Positions 43,901-54,953 of a stretch of DNA of 64,000 bases are shown in pieces. Within the stretch, counting starts at the first letter, position 1. The number at the start of each line of letters is the position of its first letter. The DNA is from Tubiluchus corallicola (lineage: Eukaryota; Animalia; Priapulida): the NCBI GenBank assembly GCA_030141605.1, contig JAQGDQ010000034.1, forward strand, positions 310,001 to 374,000. Reading direction: 5' to 3'. Below the pieces are notes generated by a model that had not been told where the DNA came from, made no database searches, and was given only the letters and a program-made list of their open reading frames with translations. Both the position numbers and the translations under genes were made by a program.

Positions 43901-44471
43901 GGATGCCACACATAGATCAAAGGAAATGCAATAGAAGCTTTCTCAACATTCACCTTCACATTTACTAATCAGAGCCTCTTTATAGTAGATTTCTAATGTG
44001 CAAATTTGCGTAGTGTTTAACACAAAATAGCAAAACAAAAAAGCCACCATAGCAAAACAATAACACCAGTTATATCTCCTCCTGCTGTGGTCGGTTAGAT
44101 TGTAAAAATTGCCTTTGCATTAATTATCCAGTTATTGTTTATTCCAATCCTGATTTGTGCAAAACTGTTGGATTCTGTCTTGTCAGTATTATTTGGTAAT
44201 AATGTGGGTAACCTCCCTTCTCTTCTTCCCTTCCTTTATAAAACTGCTGCTTGATATATTATTTTTAAGAAAAAATATTGCAAATACTTAGGCCGCGAGT
44301 TATGGTCAGCCAGGTAAACTGGTGTCATAAATTTCATTTATTTTATTAACTTAGTATTTATATTGGAATCAACCAAGTATAATAAAATTTACTAACATTG
44401 TAGAGAGTAGCTTCTTTCATAATCCAGGGTTATTTTGTAATTTTTTTTTTCATTAATTTCAACAATATTAG

Positions 44472-44513
44472 GCATGGTAGCAGCAGTTACTCCAGAAGTT
44501 AACTTAAAATTAG
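44472..44513 (+). CDS. Linker exon A (alternative in-frame donor at 44576)
   Basis: aacaatattAG acceptor motif shared with other linker exons; MVAAVTPEVNLKL then G|GTGAGC (42 nt), or extension to G|GTAAAA (105 nt); both phase 1-1. Confidence 0.6.
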
Positions 44514-45069
44514 GTGAGCGCGCAGTGGAAACTGCAACAACCGAAACAGCGAGGACAAAATGTAAATTAACAAGAGGTAAAAGTTTTGTAGTCAGTAGCT
44601 TTTTATATTAATTTTCAATAGCCCCTGAACAATGAACATAATTTTGATTAACCTCCTTTTTGGAAATTGCTTCTAGTTCGTCACAGCCTTAGCCATAGTT
44701 GAAACTGCCAACATCGGTTGCTTCCATTGTAAAGATGTGTGTTATAAGTTTTTTCCCTTTTGCCATTGATTTATGATTGTCATTGTTTGATCCCCTCACG
44801 TGTTACTGTCATAGTCAAGGTCGTATATCAACCAGAAAATGCAGCTACAATGAGAAACTAACTAACAAAGATAATCATTTAACAGAAGTCTACGTTATGT
44901 CAGCTGTATATTAATTGCACGAAGGTATATCATGATGGCTGAGACCTCCTATCCACTTATTATCTGGCCTTTACCCTGCTTAACTTTGGTCATTATAAAC
45001 ACGCACCATGACCACTCACAAAATTGATCCAAAACAATTTCACTTTGTGTTTTTTCCGCACAACTTTAG

Positions 45070-45222
45070 GTCCTAAATACAAGTGCAATGAAGATGAATT
45101 TGAATGCATGGTAACAATCGCATGGCTATTTCATCCTAGCAAAACTTGCTTTTCAAACGACAAGCTATGCAATGGCAAATTCGACTGCCTCAATAAACTC
45201 GACGAAGGACCAGAAGCTAACT
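45070..45222 (+). CDS. LDLa module exon 2
   Basis: PKYKCNEDEFECMVTIAWLFHPSKTCFSNDKLCNGKFDCLNKLDEGPEAN; 153 nt; donor is weak (T|GTAGAA). Confidence 0.75.
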
Positions 45223-46221
45223 GTAGAATCGTAGTTATGTTGTGCTCAAACTAGCTGATAGTACAGATAGCTTTTTGATTCGGGCAAAACACAGTTTGAT
45301 ATCCAAAAATATGGAAAAAAATCATAATTGTAGTTATATTGACGTATTGCGACAAGAAACTATAGTTGTCCATAAAAGTGTGTTACATATTCAAATTGTT
45401 CAGGTAAAATAGTGAATGGACGTTTGATTCCAAGTGTTGCAAACATCGCTGTTATTCAATATTTTAACGTGAGTGGTTTCTGCATAAATCTGCAGAACAC
45501 ATGGTCTGTCTCAGACAGTAGGTAAAAGAACCTTTCTAAATAACACGGTTAAAGGTAAATGCTTTATGGTGTCTACGGGCAAAGATATCATGCATGCAGT
45601 TTCTCTTTCAGTGAAAGTACCAGCCGGACGCTATACGTATACCAATGGAAACTGCCTCGAAGCACCCACCTCCCTATTTACTAATCAGATTCTGTATTGA
45701 GAGTTGATTACTACATAGAACATAGTAATCATTTAAAGTCACCCCAATGTCTAATATGGCACAAACCAAATAAAATTGACTAAGCTGCGAAAACTGCTTT
45801 ACATAATTCTTCGGTGTTTTTAATTGGAGCCTTTATTGTGTAACAGTGTTTGGTTTGCTTTATCAAAGTTTACGCTTGGTTTAATTATATTTACCTGCCT
45901 ATTCTTGGGTAAAGACTTTTTCTTTCCTCTTAGCTATCATTTTTAAACCCTCATAATCACTTTGGTGTTTGTTAAACTGATTCTCAGTTTTCTATTAATG
46001 TAATTTTATATTTTTAATAAAAATTATAGCAAGTGGGCATAATTAGTGGATTATTATCAACCCAGTAAACTTACAAAAAAGTTTTTCTAATTTAGTAGCG
46101 AGCAGCTTATTTACAATCTAATGTATTTTATACAAACGTATTTATTTATTAACAGCATTAACAGTAAAGCATAGATTACGTTATTTTTAAACTTACATTT
46201 CTTCTGTTTCGACAATATTAG

Positions 46222-46278
46222 GTCCACGAACAACAACTGCAACAACGTCGAGCACAACGCGTACTTCAGAAACAACAG
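46222..46278 (+). CDS. Thr-rich linker exon B
   Basis: gacaatattAG acceptor; PRTTTATTSSTTRTSETT; CAG|GTAAAT donor; 57 nt, phase 1-1. Confidence 0.8.
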
Positions 46279-47431
46279 GTAAATGTTTTTCTTAATTTAA
46301 TGCTCGCTATTTTTTAAATTCCAATGTGATCTGGCAGCTCATATTTTTATCTGCTTCAGAAATGTTTCCAGTAACAACACCAGCGATAACAAAAACTATT
46401 GATTTAGCCTTTTATTAATATCTGTCATGGTTTTTGAATAAATATAAAGTTTGAGGTCCCCTTTTTGGACATTCCTTTTGGTTAGCGTAATAACCTTAGG
46501 TCACTTAACAATTGCCAAACTTTGTTGCTTCTTGGTAACGGTGTTATTGTTACATTCTTTTCTCTGGCCATTGAAATTTTTATTTGTAATTGCTAATATT
46601 TGAATCCTTTGTACGTCACTATCAGGATGAAAAAGAAAGTGTTGTCATTGCCTTTTATAAGTATGTGAAACCATTTGGTAGAAACATTAGCTTTGGAATT
46701 TTCGCGCCCTTGGAAACTTGATTAAAATGTATTGCCACGTACAGTTTCTGCCTGACAGCAATTTATTTTTGCTATGTACAAAGCTAAAAATATTAGGAAG
46801 GAGTTAACAATTTCCCACATAATTTACATACCCTAGGTAACCCTAACCCTAATCCTTATCCGCTTCACGACCTAATTTCTTGTGTGTGGTCAATTGTAAA
46901 CTCTAAATTTAAGCTTGAATTCGGGAATTACTAATTATAATCATGGCCGTGTAGCAGGACCAGCACCTACTCACATTTAAAGATATTCTTTTAACATTAT
47001 ATACAGCAACGGAAAGATGCCAAAATAAGAAATATATCATGTTGCGCAAAAAATGCACCGAAGTTTTGATTACGACATTATAAAACAGAAACGGTGTCTG
47101 TTGTGAACTAGCACACTAATTTCATATACGCTTATGTCCTTCTTATTTTGCCAAAGATTCAGAAGTTTTAAATCAACCAGTGAAAAAATAATCGTACGTC
47201 ACTACTATAGTAGCTGATCTCATTTCTTTAGAGCGAATTTGTTCCCAGCACTCAACAGTTTGTGCCCTAGTTGCTCTGCACCAAACTGCTCCGTGAAGCA
47301 GCTGCCGTCGCACACTTTCACTAACCCCCCTCCCAATTACTGTATATACTGTCTTTTTGCATACAAGACTTGCGTTGGCAGTAACGCTGTATAAACCATG
47401 TAGATTTAAACTGACGCGATCGGGATAATCA

Positions 47432-47745
47432 TTAGACGCAGCCATTTTGACGATAAGTCATTTAAAAGAAATTTAGATAATATTGTGTAAAGTTTGAAAA
47501 AATAATCAGAGCATTCGTAGTGCACACGTTACTAGCTAAGCAAAATTTTTAATTTACTGTTTATTGTCAGTAAGATTAAAAATGCGTTTTTGGTTAGTGA
47601 GTGGTGCACTCTGTAGGGTGTGTCAGTGATATTTAACTAATTGGTGAAAGCATTTTAAATAATTAATAATTTTCCTTTCTAGTTACATAAGTCTTTCAGG
47701 TAACCGAAATGCTAAATAACCTAACTTTGCTTGGAAAGGTTTTTG
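47432..47745 (+). repeat. Intronic block paralogous to 54275-54555
   Basis: Shared TTAGACGCAGC, TTTGAAAAAATAATCAGAGCATTCG, TAAGATTAAAAATG and TTACATAAGTCTTTC in the same order. Confidence 0.85.
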
Positions 47746-47994
47746 ATGCGTGGTTTTCTCTTCCCCTGATTTGCGATGCGTGGTGACGATGTGTAATGGC
47801 GCAAATAAACATTAATTTGATTATCAATAACCGAATGACAAAATCAGCAACACCATATAAATTTCTAGGTTTCCTGTTTATGTTAAGTTTCGGCAGCTTA
47901 AACTTGGCCTCTGATTTTGACCTTTATAGTTGCCGTGTGTGTTTTGGCTTTCTCACCTTTTTAATTTCTTCATTTTTCATCTGCGCACTTTCAG

Positions 47995-48147
47995 AATCTA
48001 GGTACCAGTGTCGTTCACACGAATATGACTGCAAGGAAAACAACCCATCGTTCGGTGCAGTAATAAATTGTATTTCAAAGGACTCCTTATGCAACGGTTT
48101 TTATGACTGCCCAAACAGACGCGACGAAGGTTTAGAATCTAACTGCT
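47995..48147 (+). CDS. LDLa module exon 3
   Basis: tttcAG acceptor; SRYQCRSHEYDCKENNPSFGAVINCISKDSLCNGFYDCPNRRDEGLESNC; T|GTAAGA; 153 nt. Confidence 0.9.
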
Positions 48148-49686
48148 GTAAGAGTCATAATTATTATTATGTTACATTTGATGTGTGACAATAACTTAGC
48201 GTCCAGCATTCTCTTATAGAAATGAACTTGCTTTTGCAATAACTTAAATATCAAACACCCATCACAATAAGTTTGCGAACTTTCATGACCTAAGCCTGCC
48301 CTCTGCAATTCTTGTTTTCAGATGAATAAGAAAGAATAAGAATAAGAATAAGAATAATTTTATTTCGCACACATAGACAGTATTGGTACTACATCAAGAT
48401 GCAACAAAAGAATGCAAAATGCGAGGGCAACATACGACCGTACATGTTGCCCTTATTCTAATATTATACTTTATAGTATACTGTAGTTGTACAGTGTACA
48501 GAAATTAATTTCTGTAATATAGTATAAAAATTAAATGAAGTAGTGCAGAAATCGTAAAAAAACGTTTAATACTTAGAATTGAGAATGCCACTACAAAAAC
48601 ATAATAAAATTAACTGTAGTAACCTATAAAAGTGCTTATAAACTTATTGATAAACTTACTGTTTACCTATTTTGTTACAGGAACTGTATGTTATTATAAA
48701 CAATTTATAATTTTTGGGAAATATATATATATATTTACTTTTGCATGCTGTACATACGTATATGTATATATTTATATATACACATACACACATATATACG
48801 CATACATATATACTAATAATACTATATGAGTAATACTGTAAGTATTGAGTACTGTAACTATAATTATGTCAAATTTATGTCAAGATGCAGAGTAATATAC
48901 CCAACATAGCAAGTAGAACAATTATAAACAACACTGCAGTTCACTGGCGTGGGATCATTGCCTTCAGCCCAGATAATACTAACTTAACCTGAACAACAGT
49001 AAAAGCTACGCCTACAGCGGAAATAAATTGTTAATCTTTCAGTTATCAGTATGATATCAGTTAGACGATCATGATGACTAAGAGGCACAACAACAGACTT
49101 GCACATTTCCGTTGTTGTTGTTCCTCATCATTCTGCACTTCTTCTTGATGCGCATTCTTTCGTGTGTTTCGATAGCTAGCAAGTGTTTACAGTGTCACGA
49201 CTGCATCAACATAGCTTGAGAGATATTGAGAGATACGCTCTTTGCCACATCCAAGTCCTTCGTGATCAGGTGCAATGGCTAAAATTGTGCCGTCGATGAA
49301 AGAGTGTGAGTGCCATGCAGAAGCTGTAAACTGAAATTAAAACTGAAGCAGGTGTTCGTGCTTTTCTGGTGTAACTAGTCCTGACCTTTACAGTCCAAAA
49401 AAGTTAAATCAATCGCGAAATTTATGCAAAGCAGCTGCACATAAATCGAGTTTTCTCCCTGGGCCTTTTATCTATGGAATTTTTATCAAATAACTGTTAC
49501 CTTGACAACAACAACCTCAGATACATCGATACTCACGAATTAGTTACTTGAAAATAGTCTATTTTTTGGATCATATTTATAACTCCACCTTTCTACAGGA
49601 AGTTAGTTGGCCTTTCTATATTGCCACTTTCTTCTTTGTTTGTTTTCCTAAATGCATCATTTCTCTGTTTTTCCTGCCAATTTCAG

Positions 49687-49842
49687 CTCTTCCATTTAAA
49701 TGTCCTCTGGACGAGTTTGACTGCAAGATGGACGTCTCAGAGCTTGATCATCCCATCAGAAATTGCATTGAAATGAACATCGTGTGCGACGGCTGGTTTG
49801 ACTGTAAGAATAGACGCGACGAACCTCCGGAAACCAAGTGCA
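49687..49842 (+). CDS. LDLa module exon 4
   Basis: tttcAG acceptor; LPFKCPLDEFDCKMDVSELDHPIRNCIEMNIVCDGWFDCKNRRDEPPETKC; A|GTAAGT; 156 nt. Confidence 0.9.
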
Positions 49843-50125
49843 GTAAGTCTCATATAATTAAGTAATTACGTTTCCTGATTTGACTGCAAAAGAGGCTTTT
49901 TATTTAACGTAAGCAACTTCTTATGCAGTTCTGGAGATTGTAAGTCCAAATCCGGAGCCTGCATCACTATCGTTTGATCGACACATTGTGGATCCGTAAG
50001 AAGCCATACTAAACCAGTAGAGGTGTATCTGAGTTATGTTGTAATATATATATAAATATATATATATATATGTATGTATATATACGAATGTGTTTTGTTT
50101 GATTTAAAATGTGATATATCTATAT

Positions 50126-53100
50126 ATGAGTAAACCCCTACCGGGCGCATCCCCCGGGTGGCGGATGGGGGACCCCTGGCTCACGAGCCAGGGTGCTCCG
50201 AATATTCAAATAAGGAGCTGTGGACCAAATCCTTCAGGATAGACCTAGCAAGTCACTGAAGTATTTTTTGCTCAAGTAACTCATGGCGAACACAACTGAA
50301 ACAACGGCCCCCAGTCCCCGGCAGCCCTTAAATGGGCAGGGGGTGCTAAGAATCTCCGGTGCCATGAATTCCAGGAGTAGAAAGGCAACTAAATTCAAAA
50401 TTGCAATAATTAACATTTCAACGATGAGAGGGAAGGAGGAAGAGGTGGTGGTTATAATGAAAGACAGGAATCTCGCAATTGTTGGTCTCAGTGAGACCAG
50501 GATGAGGGGTAGTGGAGAAAAGATCCTGCATGAAAACTACAAACTGATTTACAGCGGACAGGAGGATGGGAGGCACGGTGTTGGAGTAGTTCTTTCACCG
50601 GATCTGGCTCCCTATGTGGAGAAGGTTGATAGTGTCTCAGAGAGAATCATTGGTATTTCCATCAAGACAAAGACAGTGGCCTTTTCCTTAATTCAGGTTT
50701 ATGCCCCGCAAAGTGGAAGACCATCCCAGGAAAAAGATCAATTTTACCAGGACCTACAAGATGTCACAGATACAGCAAGATTCAAAGAAAAATTAATAGT
50801 TTGTGGAGATTTCAACGGACACATTGGATGTGTGAGAGATCACGTTGAAACAGTGGTGGAAGCGTTTAGTGTTGGCGACAGGAATGAGGAGGGAGGCAGG
50901 ATAATTGACTATGGTCTACTAAACGGGTTGGCTATAATGAATACCTTCTATAAACACCGAGATAGTCATAAATGGACGTACTACGGTTGGAACAGCGAAG
51001 CGCAGCAGTACGTCAGCAAGTCGATGATAGATCTCTTTTTGACCCCAGACAAGCGAATATTCCAGAATGTGCGTGCTGTGCCATCGCTGTCTATGGACTC
51101 CACGCACAGAATGGTGATAGCAACACTGACATGGAAAACAGAAAAGCTACCGAAAAAGAAGGGGAAACAGAGATTTAATATAGAAAAATTGAGAGACTCA
51201 GAAACTGCCGACACTATGAGAGAAGTTATAAACAACAAAATAGTGGAAGCTGAAAATAGAGACTGGGAAACATATAAAGAAATCGTTTCATCTGCCGCAG
51301 CAGATACATTGGGCTCTAAAAAGTCGTATCAAGGAAGGAAGAAAACTACACCTTGGTGGACGGAAGCAGTAAAGAGTGCAGTTAAAGAGAAGATGGGATG
51401 GTTCAGAAAGTGGATGAAGAGAAGAAGACCCGAAAATAGACGAGAATACGAACTAGCCAGGAATCGAGCTGAAAAAGTAAAGAAAGAAGAAAAGAATAGA
51501 GTGTGAGAAAACATCGGAGAGGATTTGAAGGCTGACCATGCAGGAACAAAGAAATTGCTTTACTCAATGACAAAGAATTACAGAAGTAGTGCTAAAGAAC
51601 AAACCTACGCAATTAAAGATCAAAATGGACAATTGCTTGTGCAACCAGATGACATCGCTAACAGATGGAGAGAATACTTTGATGATTTGCTCAACGTACG
51701 AGGAAGTGAAGAATTGGAAGTGGATGTGGACCTAGAGATCGACCCGAATGAACTCATCGAGGACATCACGGGAGCTGAGATCTCGGGGGCCATAACACGG
51801 ATGAAGAGAGGTAAAGCAACAGGAGATGATGACCTCCCTGTAGAAGTTGTGAAGGAAGCTGGGGAGGAGGCGCAGAAGCTCCTGCTAACCATAATGCAGG
51901 ACGCATACAGACAAGAAACTATACCACCAGAGTGGCAGAGAGGAGTCATCAACCCGATATTTAAAAAGGGAGATAAAGCTCTTTGTGAAAATTTTAGGGG
52001 CATTTCCCTATTGTCCGACTGTGGAAAGCTATACAGTAGTATAATCGAGAGGAGGCTTCGTACACATGTCGAGGCTAGATTGGGAGAATGGCAGTACGGA
52101 TTTCGACCAGGACGAAGTACATCAGATCTTGTGTTTGTGATGAAGATGATAATGGAGAAAAGCTGGGAGTGGGGAAGGGACAAATTTGCTCTCTTCATTG
52201 ATATGGAGAAAGCTTTTGACCGTGTCCCAAGAAAGCTGCTTTGGAAGATTATGTCAGAGCCGCCGTATTCTGTTCCCAAAAAGCTGATAAGAGTTATCAA
52301 GAGCATCTATAGCAATAGTGTGAGTAAGGTAAGAAAAGGAGACGTGGAGACTGACTGGTTTAACATCGAAGCAGGTGTAAGACAAGGAGACGGTTTGTCT
52401 CCGCTCCTATATATCATATTCATGGACAAGTGCATCAGAGATACAAACCCACGACCAAACCAGCAAGTCGTCGCCTACGCGGACGACGTGGCGGTGATGG
52501 TGGACACCATACAAGAACTGCAGGGTGTGGCCAGTTCATGGTTATCAACAATGAATAATAATGGAATGAGCATAAACACGGCAAAGGGAAAGACTGAGTT
52601 CATGCACATAAGCCGTAGAAGAGAGGAATTTGATGTGTATATGGAAGACAGGAAGCTGCACCAGGCAAATTCCTATAAATACCTTGGGGTGGTTGTGGAT
52701 GAAGGAAATATTCAGGAAACGGAGTTGAGTGCGAGGATTGAGAAATATACAAGAAATTTTATGATGATGTATCCCCTATTGAAAGAGAAGTGCATACCCA
52801 AGCAAGTCAAGACAACTATATATAACACAATATTGAAACCAATACTAACATATGGAGCTGAATGTTGGTCACTTACAACGAAGACATCCTCAAGACTACA
52901 GGCAGCGGAAATGAAAGTTCTTCGGACTATAAGGGGTGTAACAAGGATAGACAGACTCAGAAGTGAACAGATAAGGTCAGACCTCTCAGTGAAACCACTC
53001 TTGAGAGAGATTGAGGAGAGCAAGTTGAGGTGGTATGGGTATATTAAGCGGATGGACGACACGAGATTGGCAAAGAAATATCTTGAATGGAAGCCGCAAG

Positions 53101-53294
53101 GCAAAAGACCAGTGGGAAGGCCCCGGAAGAGATGGCTTGATGGAATTGGAGAGGCGCTTGCGAGGAGAGGAACCCAACTGGTGGATGTGGAGGAGGAGAA
53201 GACGTATGAAGACAGAGACACCTGGAGAGGCGTTATTAAGTGTTCGCCGGCTGACAGATGAAAATCTACCAGGAGGATGGTGAGAAAGTGAGAA
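50126..53294 (+). mobile_element. Near full-length RTE-clade non-LTR retrotransposon
   Basis: Single APE+RT frame, no ORF1, short 3' UTR ending in (GTGAGAAA)2; 12 bp TSD ATATATCTATAT at 50114-50125 and 53295-53306. Confidence 0.92.
50283..53261 (+). pseudogene. APE endonuclease-reverse transcriptase ORF with one in-frame TGA at 51504-51506
   Basis: GLSETR, GDFNGH, FIDMEKAFD, GVRQGDGLSP, YADD, YKYLG and RPVGRPRKRW motifs; the 407 aa and 578 aa ORFs are in the same frame. Confidence 0.9.
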
Positions 53295-53735
53295 ATATAT
53301 CTATATCACATACTAGAATGGTCCAAGTATATATACCTGTGAACTAGATGCAATTATACTTAACAACTCTTTTAGTGACAGTTAACTTTGGTGACTTGTT
53401 AACACATCAATTGGTGACTTGTTTAAATGTGATACTAAAATGTTGACTAGCTTTATTAGGCAGTGTTTTGATTTATACTAATTTATTAACTATTTCTGGT
53501 ATCGTTCTCTTGCTACGTGAACCATTAATTATTTCTCGAAATTATTTTAAAATATTTCAAATTTCAACAAGTAGTTATCGTTCACAATATCATCCCTGGA
53601 CATAGTGTAGTTTAATTCAATGATTTTTTGTCACGAATGCGTTTTGATTGATTTAAATTGTGCTATGATTTACTGTGTGACTTTAAATTAAACTGTAACC
53701 GTCCTGTTTTTAATGAAAGTTTTAATGGTCAATAT

Positions 53736-53737
<2 letters not shown>

Positions 53738-53817
<80 letters not shown>
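53738..53817. repeat. (AAT)n microsatellite
   Basis: Directly visible. Confidence 0.98.
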
Positions 53818-53819
<2 letters not shown>

Positions 53820-53982
53820 GCTCACAATTTGATTTTCAGTAATTAAAAGATAAAACTAACAGCACTACTTAAGTTCTTTGGTTGTCATTTTGCTACGCCA
53901 AGCAATTTTTTGTACTTAGTGACAGTTTGGTATTGTCTTTTGTCTATTAACTTTACTAATTAGTTTTGGTAAACAATTTTAG

Positions 53983-54135
53983 CTTCCAATTTTACCTGTC
54001 GACCAACCGAATTTGACTGCAAGGACAACGAGACGGACCTTGGCCCTGCACTAAATTGCATACAAAAGAGTTTGCTATGTAACGGCAATAACGACTGTGA
54101 AAACAAACGAGATGAAGGGCCAGAAGCAAACTGCA
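53983..54135 (+). CDS. LDLa module exon 5
   Basis: ttttAG acceptor; SNFTCRPTEFDCKDNETDLGPALNCIQKSLLCNGNNDCENKRDEGPEANC; A|GTAAGA; 153 nt. Not in the ORF track. Confidence 0.9.
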
Positions 54136-54274
54136 GTAAGAATCTTAATTATATTATCATGTGTTTTAGACAATCGTAATAATAGCACAAGAAACCCCAC
54201 CATAAACATAGAGCTTAAAAATTCGTCTTGAAATTTTATACAACTTACATACATACAGGACTTCTGCAATGACC

Positions 54275-54555
54275 GTTAGACGCAGCTGTTTTGACGACAG
54301 GTCATTTGAAAACAAGTATAAATAACGTTGTGTAAACTTTGAAAAAATAATCAGAGCATTCGCAGCGCACACGTCACTAACTGAGTAAAAGTTTAAGTTA
54401 CTGTATCTTGTCAATAAGATTAAAAATGAGTTCATCGGTTAGTAAGTGGTGCACCCTGGAGGGTGAGTCAGTCGAATTTTCTTACTTATTACATAAGTCT
54501 TTCTAGCAGGTAAGCGAAAAACTAAGTAATATAGATTTGCCTGGAAAGTTTTTGG
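54275..54555 (+). repeat. Intronic block paralogous to 47432-47745
   Basis: See the 47432-47745 entry. Confidence 0.85.
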
Positions 54556-54841
54556 AACAGTTTTGCGGGAGATTTAAAATGAAAACAAACGAAAATTCCT
54601 TCCAACGCGAGTGGGATATGTGCTTAAAATGGCTATCAAGTAGTATAATTTTTAGGCGATTTTTTTGAAACCTATTCAGGTGCCCCTTTTCTTGTCTTTT
54701 AAACTAGAATTGCAGTAGAATTGTGCTTAATATTCTACAATGCCCATAAGTATTGCAATGCACTTTTGATTTCTGCGTACTCCAGGCGTGGCTTTTTGCT
54801 GTTTTACTTTATTTCATGCGGTTCTATCCACTGCAAGCCAG

Positions 54842-54953
54842 GACCCAGGGACTGGTGGTACAAATCACCAGTACGACTGTATGGAAGCCAATTTGTTTAT
54901 CATGTATAATCCTCTAAAGCGAAATACTGAAATGGGAGAGGACCAGTTAGGCA
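54842..54953 (+). pseudogene. Decayed LDLa pseudo-exon, 5' part
   Basis: HQYDCMEAN matches HEYDCKENN of exon 3; lies about as far after the duplicated intron block as exon 3 does; frameshifted, with C1, C3 and C4 lost. Confidence 0.55.

Noticed and set aside
46830-46860. Telomeric repeat CCCTAACCCTAA
   Set aside because: Only two to three degenerate units; such motifs are common inside TE remnants.
51504-51506. In-frame TGA as selenocysteine or programmed read-through
   Set aside because: The position fits a Trp usually seen in this RTE linker; one G-to-A change explains it, and the very short 3' UTR leaves no room for a SECIS.
50919-53283. Antisense and alternate-frame ORFs of 61-228 aa inside the LINE
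   Set aside because: Shadows of the RT coding frame, with no independent motifs.
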